From assembly GCA_000165425.1 (NCBI GenBank), contig CT868119.1, forward strand, positions 496,001-560,000: a DNA stretch of 64,000 nucleotides. The letters run 5' to 3'. Origin of the DNA: Paramecium tetraurelia (Eukaryota). Positions within the stretch are counted from its first letter, which is position 1. Every line of letters begins with the position of its first letter. The position numbers and the translations under genes are program-made. This document shows, one piece after another, positions 13,793 through 26,155 of the stretch. The notes below the pieces were generated by a model, which made no database searches, was not told where the DNA came from, and worked only from the letters and a program-made list of their open reading frames with translations.

Positions 13793-16032
13793 TCAATGTT
13801 ATTGAAATGGAACCTTTGGTTTTTTGGCAGAATCACTTCTTTTTAACATAAACCCTTTCTATGAATACTAAATTAAATATTTACGGTTGTTTAGCGATTA
13901 ATACTAGCCAATTAAGTTGCTAAATGTTAAGCAAATTATTTAGATGATTCATCTGCAGAGTTTACTTGAGTGCGATATCTCATTTAAGCAGTTTTCACGC
14001 CGTTGGATTAATTTTTTAAGTTAACTTAACTAGTTTTCCTTGAGTTGGATAGAGATCTACTAACAGTAGCAGTGGTTTTAAATTATGAAGTCATGAGAGG
14101 ATTGAAAGTATTTGCATTTTCCTGGATCTTAGATGTTACCTGATACTTTTGTTTTAGAATGGTAATGGGCTAGTGTTTTTGTTTTAGTTTCTCTTGAGTG
14201 AGTCTAGCTTATTGATTAAGTATTTAATTCATTAAGAATTCTACTCTTTGTTTTACATCAGTCGAATTTAATGAGGTATTAGTTTTTTTGACAAATAGTT
14301 GTTGTTGCAATTGTGGAGACTTATCCTTTTCATCTTACATTGTATCCAACTTCTTATCTGAATCCGGTTAGGTGAAAGTATGCTTTTGAGGGAAGAGGAT
14401 TTGCTTTTTAACTAATATTTATTGTTAAATCTTTTGGAAAGTTGTTTGAGTGTTTTAAGATTATTTAGTTTCTGTATCTTTGGATTACGATTATTTGTTT
14501 TAATTAGGGACTTTGATGACGATGACAACTTTATTGGAGAGACTTGATTTATTGTTATAGGGGTGTGGCTTCAATAGCTTAGTATGATATTCGATTTCCT
14601 CATCTTCTGGCTAAATTATGTTTCAAATAGATTACAATAGATTATTTGTCTACTCCATATAATTTTTGATACACCTGATAAATCTAATTAAAGATGGCAC
14701 TAGAATGTGGAACATACATGTAGAATATCTCGACAGCTTTGCCAAGCCATATCTCTACTGTTAATTTATTGGATTGATTGTTGATGAATCTGAGTTCAGT
14801 GGAGATACTATAGAAACTCAACCCTGTCAACATGATCTAATAAATAGATGGATATATATTACTAATTCTAAAATGACTTCTTCAGCCATTACCATCTCAT
14901 AACTATTGATAGGGAATAACTCCTCTAAATCTACATAAGTTAATTACATCAATCCTAAAATTTACATTTGCAACATAGGATGATTATCATCAATTAATGT
15001 GAATAGTTTATTTTGCGGATTATTTTATGGTTGAAAGACGTATTCTGAAGCAAAAAGTGATTGACTCCGATTCTGATAGCTTCGGATCATTAAATTTTGA
15101 ATATTTATAACATCATTAGGTTTTTCCTCATTGGGTAGCATACTCGTAATAGAAACCAGTATTTCTTTGAAAATAATCTCTACAATTTGGGGATAGGATA
15201 AAGCTTGGGACAGTTGTGATGTTATATTGATGGTTTAGGAAGTGTAAATCTTTTGTAAAGCAGAATTAACCTCTGAATTAGCTCTTTGTTTTTTATTCAT
15301 TAATGACATTACAGTAATTTATTGACACAATTTTATAGTATTCTATATAATACTCTTTAAGATTCTTAAGGTCTTTTTGGCCATTTCTAAGGCCTGTTTA
15401 TTTCTGATTTAAAATATAGATTTTACTTTTTTGTTTCAGAAAATAACAATGTGACTTGAAAGACTAGTCTCAATCTTAACAGTTTGTTTTGGATTATTTA
15501 TGCTAAGTTCAAACTTTCAGGGGAAGTCTTTTTGAGTGCTTTGCCTTTGGTCTTGAGAATCTAATCACAATCCAATAATATCTCCAAGGCTTCATTTTGA
15601 GCTGCGTATTTCTTAAGTATTATGGCATAATTTATTTTTGAGAATAAAACTGATGTGTATTAAACTTGAATCCTAAGGTAAGAATTTGAGTTACTAATTC
15701 TGCGTATAAAATTCTAACAGTTTTGCTACTCGATTGTGATACTCTAAGGCCTAATATTCAGAGATATCCTCTTATATGGCCATGTTGGTAAGATCAGTCA
15801 AAATGAGATCTGGAACATCAGGTTTTAGGTATATAATTTCTTCATGCTCCTCAGTCTAATGATTATAAAAATAAGGTCTTACTTGAACGAGGAAATTCTA
15901 TTCTGTATTTAACAGTTCTCGTTTGAAAATGATTTTTTTCTATCTAACTATATCTATGGGAGATTTATTTGATAATTAAGTTGGTGTCATAACATTTTTT
16001 TGATGGAAGGTGTGAGCCTCCAATTTAATCAT
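13793..16032 (-). CDS. Hypothetical ciliate-type helical-repeat protein with low-complexity C-terminus
   Basis: MIKLEAHTFHQKNVMTP...; conserved-looking block LSFYSISTELRF...IWLGKAVEIFYMYVP; several short introns; TGA at 13793-13795. Confidence 0.65.
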
Positions 16033-16069
16033 TTATTATTATAATTTATATATATATATCTGATGGTTA

Positions 16070-16681
16070 TCAAAATGTCCTTTTAACCATGATATTATAG
16101 AAATCTTCTCTACTGATTTCCCTTCCATTAGAAGCTGCCCGTTCCAGCATCTCTGCTAACTCTTCTGCTGTCATCGTCTCCCCCAATTCCTTAGAAACCT
16201 AATACAATTTCAATCTCCAATCATTACTCTTTTCAAGTTATTCAAATTAATCGTATTGCTACCATCATCATCAAACAAATCAAATATTTTATTTATACCA
16301 TCCCTATGTTCCCTGTTTCCCAATTTTGATGTGATAGCATCCAAAAATTAGTCAAAATCAATATCAGTTCTATCTCTAACCTCATACTACATACCCTTCG
16401 TTTTCCAATTCAGCAATCATATTAAATATTGTTGGGTTTTTTTAATCAAATCCCAAACTTTGCATAGCTGCTTTCAATTCTCTTGGATCCACTCTCCCCG
16501 TCCCTTCTGTATCAAACAAATTGAATGCTTCTCTTATTTCATCAATCTCGTCCTCAGTCAATCCAGGTCTTCACATCTCAAACATCATACATTACCTCTC
16601 CTGTGGTTTACGAACATTTCCTTATTTTTAAGGTTATTGCTTTTGAGTTACAGGTGCTTGAGCCTGTGCTTTGCTTCTCAT
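16070..16681 (-). CDS. Centrin (EF-hand), infraciliary-lattice ICL1e-like subfamily
   Basis: [42 protein letters not shown]...[28 protein letters not shown]; three introns. Confidence 0.92.
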
Positions 16682-16759
16682 ATCTTGATTTTAAATATAA
16701 AATTATATATATTACAATCTATCCAATGGATATTCTAATTAATATAATAATATAATAAA

Positions 16760-17440
16760 ATGAATAATTAAACTTTATAACCAATATAATTTTAAATCAG
16801 TCATAGGGCTTTAAGCTCTTCTGCCAAAAGCACTCTCAGTAGAATGAAAATAAATTGAAACCAATATAATATTATAAGACTCATCCTCAGAATTCTCTTC
16901 TAAATTGAAAAATTAATCCAAAAAAAATGAAATTTATTTGTCGTACTCTCTTACACAATTTAACTATTAAAAAATGATCATTTCTTGAAAGAGATTAGTG
17001 TTCCTTTCTTTGAAATCTACGATTATTTAATCTACTAATATTCATAAAAAGAAATTTATTAACATTCAGAATTACTTTGAAATAAAAACAATTTCCAAAC
17101 CGCATATGATTTGGGCAAATCCACATATGAGAGTTTATAAAATGAATAATTCTAAAAATAGTAAGAATCTAATCTGATCATTGCGAAATTTAAAATTAGT
17201 TGCAAATCAATTCCAAGAATATATATTGGGAGAAAAGAACCAAATCATTGAATTAAAATTCATAGGTTTAAAATCAGTAGTTAAATAGAGGCATGATTGT
17301 CGGTTGTTGAATTTATAAGATTAAACTAAAAATTTATATAATACTTCTTTTGAATTGCAGTTCAAGTAAAATAGATCAATGGATGCATTGAAACTGTTAT
17401 AATGGATTTAGAAATAGGATACTTTGATTAAATAATTTAT
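16760..17440 (+). pseudogene. Possible gene relic
   Basis: Starts like a gene (MNNQTLQPIQFQISHRALSSSAKSTLSRMKIN*) but hits TGA early; coding-like sequence with more TGAs follows. Confidence 0.25.
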
Positions 17441-17457
17441 ATGAATATAACATTCTA

Positions 17458-18288
17458 TCAAATGGATAAGTAACTAGAAAATGTTGCACTAGATTTAATT
17501 TAATTTTTATACTTGGCAGGAACATAATAATCCAAAAGATTAGACAATATATCGTATGACTTCATTCCTTTATATTCTTACTCTCTAATATCATCAAAGA
17601 CTCCTAATCCATCAACTAAACCATATTTCAATGCCTATTAACCAGTGAGCAAAGTTTAATTCCACATTTCCTAATCAACTTTCTAGTTTCTGTTTTACAT
17701 AATCTCCTCTTTTAATCTTGATTCTCTATGTTTTAATTGGCCTTCGATCCTATGATCTTCATTATAATTTCTACCATTTAACATCTTCTTCTTTTAAATC
17801 ATCATAAGGACTTAATTTCACTTTTTTTTCTCCGCTATGAATAAACTTGTGTTCTCTAATTATTATGATCTTATGATATTACATCCCCAAATTTTCTATT
17901 AATTGTTTATATCCTAATCTTCTTTACACATATCCAAAATCTCCAATGACAGAATATTCGCTAGCAAAGTTTTTATCTCCAACAGTCATTAAATACACAG
18001 AACTATTCAATACAAAATCTTCTCCAAATGTGTATAAGGGTACTCTGTAAACAAATAGTATTAAAGTTACTTATAATATTTTGCATAATTTCTTATTGCA
18101 GTGGCAATATTCTTAGATTAAACAAATGAGCCTTCTCCATGTACATGAAGAGTCACTAATTTTGGCTTGATAAATTTGGTATCTTTTATGCTTTTATATA
18201 CTTTTTAGGTTCTAAATTAAGAAATTAGTTTATACAGTTTTTCGTCAATTTTGCCATAAATTTTAAATTAGACAATTCTTGAAAACAT
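17458..18288 (-). CDS. Peptidase S49 (SppA-like) family protein, probably catalytically degenerate
   Basis: VPLYTFGEDFVLNSSVYLMTVGDKNFASEYSVIGDFGYV, IHSGEKK, LTGQQALKYGLVDGLG match the S49 layout; introns present. Confidence 0.75.
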
Positions 18289-18318
18289 TAAATAAATATT
18301 TCAAATTCAAACTATAAA

Positions 18319-18900
18319 ATGAAACATCTGAGGCAAGCATCAAATAAATAAATACAGGACTACTAATTAAGTTTTAGATCAAAGTTAGGTGTGCCTTGGA
18401 TAGTAAATGAGGGTTAACCATTAGTGAAGGCAAGTGTATATTTTTATCTATAGATAGTATTGCTTATCTTAAAGTCAGTGACTAGAAATTTTACTTACCG
18501 ATTATGGTAATCATCTATTGTCTCATAAATTTAAAGGATGAAAAATTATTGATTCACATTTTGTTAAATTGGTAGACATATTTTAAAGTGCTATTAATAT
18601 TTACATCATTACTTAATTTTGTAATGGTGAAGATCTAAGAGAATTTATCAAACCAGAAGGTGCAAAATCTAAAATAATTAGAGTGATACTTGAAGAGGAA
18701 GCACTCAAATTCTAAAAAGATCGTTATAAGGAATCAAGACTTTACTGAAATAAAGTATCCTCTATTGGGACATGTAATCATACTTAAAGAAGTGTGTTAG
18801 GCTCTTTTTTATTGGGAACATCTTTGATTCTTAATTAAGTTAAATAGTATTAATGATTGCTCAAGAAGATTCTATAATTTCACTCTAACTAATACTTCAA
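18319..18900 (+). pseudogene. Decayed ULK-like protein kinase
   Basis: KQIQDYQLSFRSKLG with broken Gly-loop; separate-frame fragment DSHFVKLVDIFQSAINIYIITQFCNGEDLREFIK (kinase subdomains IV-V); then TGA/frameshifts, with no HRD/DFG found. Confidence 0.6.
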
Positions 18901-19178
18901 ATAATTTATCTCTTTGGATGTTACTCTAATATAGAAAATCAAAAAAAGTATTCAAGTATAAAAATATAAATTAAATTTTGAAATAAAACTATTAAAGAGA
19001 ACAAATGAATTAATGGTTGTGATATTATATATCTTCAAGTAACAGTTATATAACTCTAATATTTGCTATCTATATTCATTTTTAAGTAAAACTACACAAA
19101 ATTAATCAAATTATTTATCATTACGTCATTTAGATATTCTTAAAGTAGCAATTTTCATTAAATTTCACTATTTAAAAT

Positions 19179-19860
19179 ATGAAATAATTCAATTAAATCC
19201 TATTCTTGATTGTAATAGTTGTTCCAACAGTAATTGCAGTGAAAGGAGTTGATTTGAGTGCATCCTTCAATAACTTTTCATGCATCAAAAATGCTGGCTA
19301 CTAATTTGCTATTGTAAGAGGATATATGAGTTATGGTGCTGCTGATACCGTTGGTCTCCAAAATTTAAGAAATGCCAAAGCAGCTGGATTGATCGGAGAT
19401 GCATACTTTTTCCCATGCAAAGGAAGTATAAAAATAAATCCTATTTTCTTAAGAGAAGACAGCTTCAGCTTAAGTGTCCGAATTTGAAAGTGTATTTACT
19501 TCAGAGTATGGTACAGTGTGGATTGATGTTGAATACAACCCCAGTACTGGATGTGGATGGAGCACCTCAGATTATTCAGGAAATTGTCAATTTTTATAAG
19601 ACATAGTGAGAGAGTTAGGAAACAGAGGGAGATTGGTTGGAATATATGCATCTCAATATTAATGGTCAACGATTATGGGATCAGCTTCATCCTGTGCTTA
19701 TTTCACTTCAAAGCCCCTTTGGTATGCCCATTATGACAATTCCCCCTCGTTTAGTGACTATTCTAAATATTCTTTCGGTGGATGGTCCACTCCATCAATC
19801 AAACAATATTAAGGAGACACAACCTTGTGCAATGTTGGAGTTGATCTTAATTTTTATTGA
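19179..19860 (+). CDS. Glycoside hydrolase family 25 lysozyme (protist type), secreted
   Basis: Signal peptide, GVDLS, FAIVRGY, DAYFFPC, VWIDVE, GIYAS, LWYAHYD, FGGW..P..KQY, VDLN; one 28-nt intron. Confidence 0.92.
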
Positions 19861-19994
19861 AAAGTTAATTATAAATAATGAGAGTTAAAGTTATGATTTA
19901 ATAATATTTAATAATGATAAATATTTTAATATTATAAAATTAGTAACACAATTGTTATATACCAATATATATATATAAGTATGAATGATAGTAG

Positions 19995-21842
19995 TCAATT
20001 TATCTTGATCAACTTCATTTGTATCAACTGAGTCTTCTCCTATTCACTAACCACAAAGGGAGAACCATTCTCATCCAACAGACACAATCCCATATCACAA
20101 TCTATTAAATGTTTCTCAGAATCATAAGTGCATGTCAAAACTCTATCATTTTTCCCTAGATAAAGCAACCCTTTGAAATTTAATTTAATAATTTTATACT
20201 TCTTTTTATTGCCTTTGTTAATGCGTTGACCATTGGTAAAGGTGCTGATTTTCCTCTGCTTTTACAAGACAATTAGCCACTCAAGTTCTCATTTAATAGT
20301 TTATTGATGTTAGATAGTTAAGATTTCTTAAAGGGATTTCTTGGGGGACTTTAAAACTCTTCAACTTAAATTATCTTTTTGGTTTTACTGAAACCACAAG
20401 TTTCGTTAATTTCAAAACTCTCATTGGAATCAAGCAACGAATTTTCATTAAAATCTGCGAAATCATCCAGACTGATTTCATTTTTCTTGTTTACAACGCT
20501 TAATTGTTTCTTAGACTTCTAATTTGCTACTGCAGTAGAAGTAGAAAAGAAACTATTCTATTTAGCCTAAGGAGATAATTGTAAAGTCAATTAAGAGTTA
20601 GTATTTTTCAATTTAGTAATTTCAGATTGGAATTACGAAACCAAGAATTGTTGTTAAGTCAATTGTTTATTTAGTTCTTGCTTCTCCTTTTCCATCTATT
20701 TGTTTTTTTACTTTAATTATGTAATAGTTTCAATAGATTGTTATTACAATTGCTAAAACTTATTTTACAAGTTAGTGAAATGTTAACTGAGTTATTTGCT
20801 CTCGTGTTTTTTACTGTTATTCTCTTAGTCTCTTTCATTAATTGTATCATACATGTGTTGTAATTTTTGATTGACTTATTATGTTAGATGCATTAAAGTG
20901 TTTTGGATTTAATTTTTGATTTATGATAATTCATCACTCTTTTCATTGTTTATTTTATTTAACAATTAATGAGCCTATTACAATTATAATTAGTATTAAT
21001 TTTATAATTAAGCAATTTATACTTATATAGTCTATTCCACTTTTTATCTATCAGCCTTAGAATTCAATTTTGAGTTCAAATTCTCCACTTCTTATTTGAA
21101 ATGCTATTCATCCTCATTCAATCTTATTGATGTGTTGGAAGATAGATTTTTAACTAAATGTTCACTCTGTTTAGTCTTCTACTCAAAATTCTCCTATAAT
21201 TCCTTAATCTGTTCATTTAGATTGTTTTACAGATTTGAAACTTTCCTATCGATTTCCAACATAAATTATTAAGTGTAATCATTCTAAGTAATGTTTAAAT
21301 CAATATTGGTCAATTTGTGTCTAAAGTCTTCCTGAAATTTCTTGAATTCAACATTAAATCTCTCTTACAGCTATTGATATTAATGAACTTTCTCTGATAA
21401 TTGAGTTTGCAATTGTTGAATTTATTCATTCTATTGCTTGATAATAGTTGATTGATTTGTGTCATCCTATTAAACTAAATTCAATTGGGCTGAGGATCGA
21501 ACCTTACTCAATTCACATGTCTTTTGTTGCTGTTCAGTTTTCAGGGGCACACTCTATTAGTATTATTATTAGTTGTAATACGCAACAGTCTCTTACAGCG
21601 GTTTTCGAATTGGTGGGCTAGAACCTCTAAATTGCCATTAAGTCAAGACATTACCTTTGTTGGGGGTATTGAACATATTGTAATTGCGGATGAGGTAATT
21701 TTTGCTCTTAGGAGACGCATCTCATTATTTGTCTTGGTTCCAAGCTTTACTAAATGGAAGAAGGTCTTAAATGGCGCTATTCGATAGGCTGTTGGTATGC
21801 TGCGTTACCAAATGCTCTTACGGGTATGCGAGAGAGCTTCAT
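19995..21842 (-). CDS. Hypothetical coiled-coil protein
   Basis: MKLSRIPVRAFGNAAYQQP..., long Q/E/K heptad region, C-terminus ...CLLDENGSPFVVSEQEKTQLIQMKLIKIN*. Confidence 0.7.
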
Positions 21843-21877
21843 ATGTAATTTTGTTCTAACGATTAAAAAATAATTAA

Positions 21878-24365
21878 ATGAAATTCGCTGAATTCTTAAT
21901 AAACAATATTATTCCGGAGTGGGCATTAATGTATTTCAATTATAAGGCCTTAAAAGCCTATTTATCGACTTCAGGCGCTCTCAAAGATTTCCTACTCTAT
22001 GCCAAAAAAACGATGAGCACTCAGGAGTACAGGGAAATAAAGAAAGTCGTTATGGAAAAAACTTATATCATGTCAAAAATCTTGGCGGATCAGAAGGAAT
22101 TCAATAAAAAACTTAATTAAGAGTTGGTTAAAATAAGATCCTTTATGAATGCAAAGTATAACGATTTAAAGGGCAAGACTTATAAAATTTAATTATAAAT
22201 TCTGTCAATGAATAGATAAAAAAGATCATTAGAGAGGAGCAGAAAACGTTCAGTAATACGAGTGAGTTCCTAGGTAGCCGAAGAGTTAACTGAGTAATTA
22301 ACTAACAAATAAATCAAGGTCTAAGAGTCAGACTTCAATTAGAAATGCCTTAAGTTGAAAGAATTATGTTTTTAACTCTTTAACGAAGGAGTGAACTTGG
22401 AGAAGTATTTAAAAATCAACCAAGAAGCCATTCGTAAACTTTTAAAGAAATAAATGAAGAAATCCATCAAGATGAATTCAGAATAAGTAAATTTGGATGA
22501 ATGTAAGAAATTGGCTTCAGAAATCAATTTTGAATAATAACTAAATAAAGTCAAATAAATGTTATTTCAAGTTTAAAAATACCTTTTAAAGAACTTCTAC
22601 CAAACTCAATAATAGGTATGTAAGGAATAACTTCGTAAATATCAATTTCAAAATTATAAAAATAATAAAGCCTGGTTTTAATTTGGTCTATTCACAGGCT
22701 TTTCATTGATGTTGATATCGTTTATCATATTCTTAGCAACTCAAAAATAGTTGAACATTTAAAACAATGCTATTATTTATGAACAATTCCCTATTTACAG
22801 AGGAGCCTTGTTGTTTATCCTTTACTATTGGTCCTTAACTATAGTTATTTACTTATGGAGTAAATCCAAGATTAATTATAAATTATATTTCTGCTTCAAT
22901 CATCATTTCTCTACGATCAATGAGCAGTTGAAAAGAGTAATGAGTTTGACCTCGATCTTTTTGCTAGTTAGTCTTTTTTATCTATGTGATGTTTCTAAAT
23001 TAGGCATTATATTTTCAAATCTTAAAGGAGAGGAGTACTTCCCACTGATAATCTGGACTTCTGTTTTTGCAACAGTTGCATTTCCTTCAAAATTCATGAT
23101 TAATGGACAAGGTCGATTGTGGCTTTATCGTAATTTATGGCAATGCCTGAATCTGAAACTAATAGAATAACGACATTATTTCATATTCAGCCAGTTCACT
23201 TCATTAATTATCCCATTTACTGATCTCACTTATACAGTTTGTGAATATTCAAAAGGAGTACGTAATTGATTTATTTAATAGATCAACAATCAGGAGGAGA
23301 CTGACTTTAACTAGTACGACGAATGCTTTTTTATTTCTAGATATTTCACATTGGCATTGGTGTTGATTCCCTACTTGATTCTGATGATTTAGATCATATT
23401 TTTGACTCAAAAGCAGATGAACGGCAACCTTTTTATAATAGAATTCATCAGAAACATATTTTCTATTGTTTTGATAATCTTCGCCACTTTATCCTATTAG
23501 GAATCTGACCTTTTTTATTATTGGTTGGGAATGGCGATTTTTATAGCATTTTTTAATATCATATCTAGTATCAAGAAATGGAGTTATTTGGATGTCAAAG
23601 AAAGGAGAAAAAAGAAATAATTACTCTCTTATAAATAAAAACTATTAATAATATACCTACCTTTTGGAGTTATCCAGCCATTATCAATATCCACCTCTAT
23701 CTTTGGGTGTTTCGATAAGAAGGAATAACACAGTCTCCTCATCTTGTATATCGGCATTGTAGAACTAATCCGAAGTAATCATCACAATGATATTTAGGAA
23801 TGATTGTCAACTATTACATTGTTGATGCTGAGCACTTTAGACATAAATAGAAATATCAATCAGTTGGAGAGTATGAATTTCCATTTGAAGATTGTTGTCC
23901 CAAGATACAACATTAACAACTATTGTAAGGGAATCAGAAATTCTATTTAGATAAGATGAAATTGAAGATAGCGATGAAGACGAGAAAGACTTGAGAAGAA
24001 AGGATAAAGAATAGATCACCGAGATTGAAGTTATCATCACTCAGATGGAACCAGAAATGAAAAGAAGACAAGACACTGGGCTTATATCATAGGGATAATC
24101 GATATCAAACTAAGTCGAGAATCATAATTAGAAGGAAGCTAAGTATTTGGGAATATCTGAACTGGTAGTTAAGGAATCGGAAAAACCTTTGGGAGAGAGC
24201 TTTTTCAATTACGATATTGATGACTTCAAGCCGGAGGAGTTGAATCAGATTATCAATTGTTAATAAATATCAGAGAGTGATTTATAGAGTTTACACATCA
24301 ATAACAAGAATTCTAAGGAGGAGATAAATAGATTGTATGAAGAGTTTGGTATCAAAATCAAATGA
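21878..24365 (+). CDS. SPX-EXS domain protein (XPR1/SYG1/PHO1 family), divergent EXS
   Basis: MKFAEFL...IPEW...YFNYKALK and INQEAIRKLLKK (SPX); FPIYRG, SKINYKLYF, ELIRR...DAEH (EXS); acidic C-tail. Confidence 0.85.
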
Positions 24366-24433
24366 TGAATAATTATGTATAAGTATGAGTTGGTTTTTAT
24401 TACAAAAATCAAATAATAATTAACGTTTATAAA

Positions 24434-26070
24434 ATGAGTTAACGAGATTTGAGTAATTTGATTTCGATCAATCCCAACGATCCCCAACAGTATTAAGACT
24501 TGCTGGCGTATTATCGATCTAAATTGGGAGAATTCGAGAAGGAAAGATTTGAATGGTTAACAAAATTGGAGGAAATCAAAATTTAATATGAAGACAAACA
24601 TCAATAGGAATGGGAATTACTAAAGAGGAAACAGGAGATCAAGGAGTTGTAATAAACAGTGGGAGAGGCAAAAGTACATATAGAATTGATGAATTTAGTT
24701 AATGCTATTTGAGGAGAGATAAGCCAGATTGAAGTTGTAAAAGGAGAACGATGCTTTGAAAGTGAGAGAATTGGAAGATAAAAAGAAGATTGCTGAATTG
24801 ATGGCCATGATTGAACCCATTGAGGAATAAGTAGTATTATCAAAAGATTTAAGACCTGAAGTAACTACAAAATATACAGGTGACACATTGGCTGTAAGAG
24901 AGAAGCAGGGAAAGTATGTTGAATGAATTAAACTATTTAGTGTTAAGATGCACAATATCAATTAAGGAAGGAGCATATTAAAAACAGTGTATATGCCAAA
25001 CGAATAGTTGAATGCATATTAGTTGGAGAATGAAAATTTGAAAAAATAAGTTGAAAATGCAGAAACAATGTTGACTCAATAATTCGCAGCCTTGAGGGAG
25101 GAGTTGAGAGCAAAGGAAGTGGAAACCAATCTAAGAATAAAAGAAGACCAATAGAAATTAGATTAATTGGTTTAAAAAATATAAAAATTGGAGAAACAAA
25201 ATGTAGAACTTGTTAAAGGTATCTCTAATCAATATAACTTATTATAGATTGTTATGCATAAAAACAGAAATTTTAGAATAAGGAGAGGTAGATGCAAGAG
25301 GATTTGGAAGTAGCAAAGTTGAAGAATAAAAAATTGAAGATGGAATTGGATTAAATCTAAAGGAAATACAATATTGAAAATAAAACAGCTTTAGAATTGC
25401 TTGAAAAGAAGTCTGATGAATACAATAAGAAATTCAGAAGTCAAATCAAATCAAAAGACGAGCAATTGTCAATCATCAAAGAACAATATGAATAAGTTTA
25501 GAATATTTATATTAACAAAATATAATAATTGGAAGAGAATCTATCCAAATTGATTGAGAAGTATTATTTCATCATAAATTAGATATTAATAATTGGAAAA
25601 GAGAAGATCCTTGGAAGTTGAAGGGTTTAAGAATGACATCAAAATTTTAACTAAGAAAGTAAAGGATTGTGAGAAATCACATGTGGAAAAATAAAACGAA
25701 AATAAGTCTCCGGAAGATTTGGCTAAATATTAGGAAGAAGCCTAGTAACTTAAGTAGTAATTAGCCAAGGAGACAGGCATTATCTACTCTTCTGGAAAGA
25801 AGAATACTGCTAATAATAATAATTAACAATAAACTATTAAGGTGAAGGGCAGTCAATCAAGAGGAGCATCCAAAACGATGAAGCAAACAAACAAATAAAG
25901 CAAGAAGGGAATCAATAATTAGAGTACAATTTCATAGTTGATTTGTAGATTAGAACGATTAGAGGGAAGATGATGATGCATCTGAATCAGTTCCCATGCA
26001 TGAGTTGGAAGACTTACAACGATAATTGGATGAGCTGCAGTATCAAATGGATGTAGCTAAGAAATAATGA
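24434..26070 (+). CDS. CCDC77: CCDC77-like centriolar coiled-coil protein
   Basis: LLAYYRSKLGEFEKER...KHQQEWELLKRKQEIKELQ...LKVRELEDKKKIAELMA resembles the conserved CCDC77 N-terminus. Confidence 0.72.
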
Positions 26071-26155
26071 AAATATTATATCAATTTTATATATACTATT
26101 TGCTGTTAATCGGCAACTTACTTCTATTTATAAATTTAATTTGTTAATACGTTGG

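Noticed and set aside
16045..16060. (TA)n microsatellite
   Set aside because: Very short and expected in AT-rich intergenic DNA
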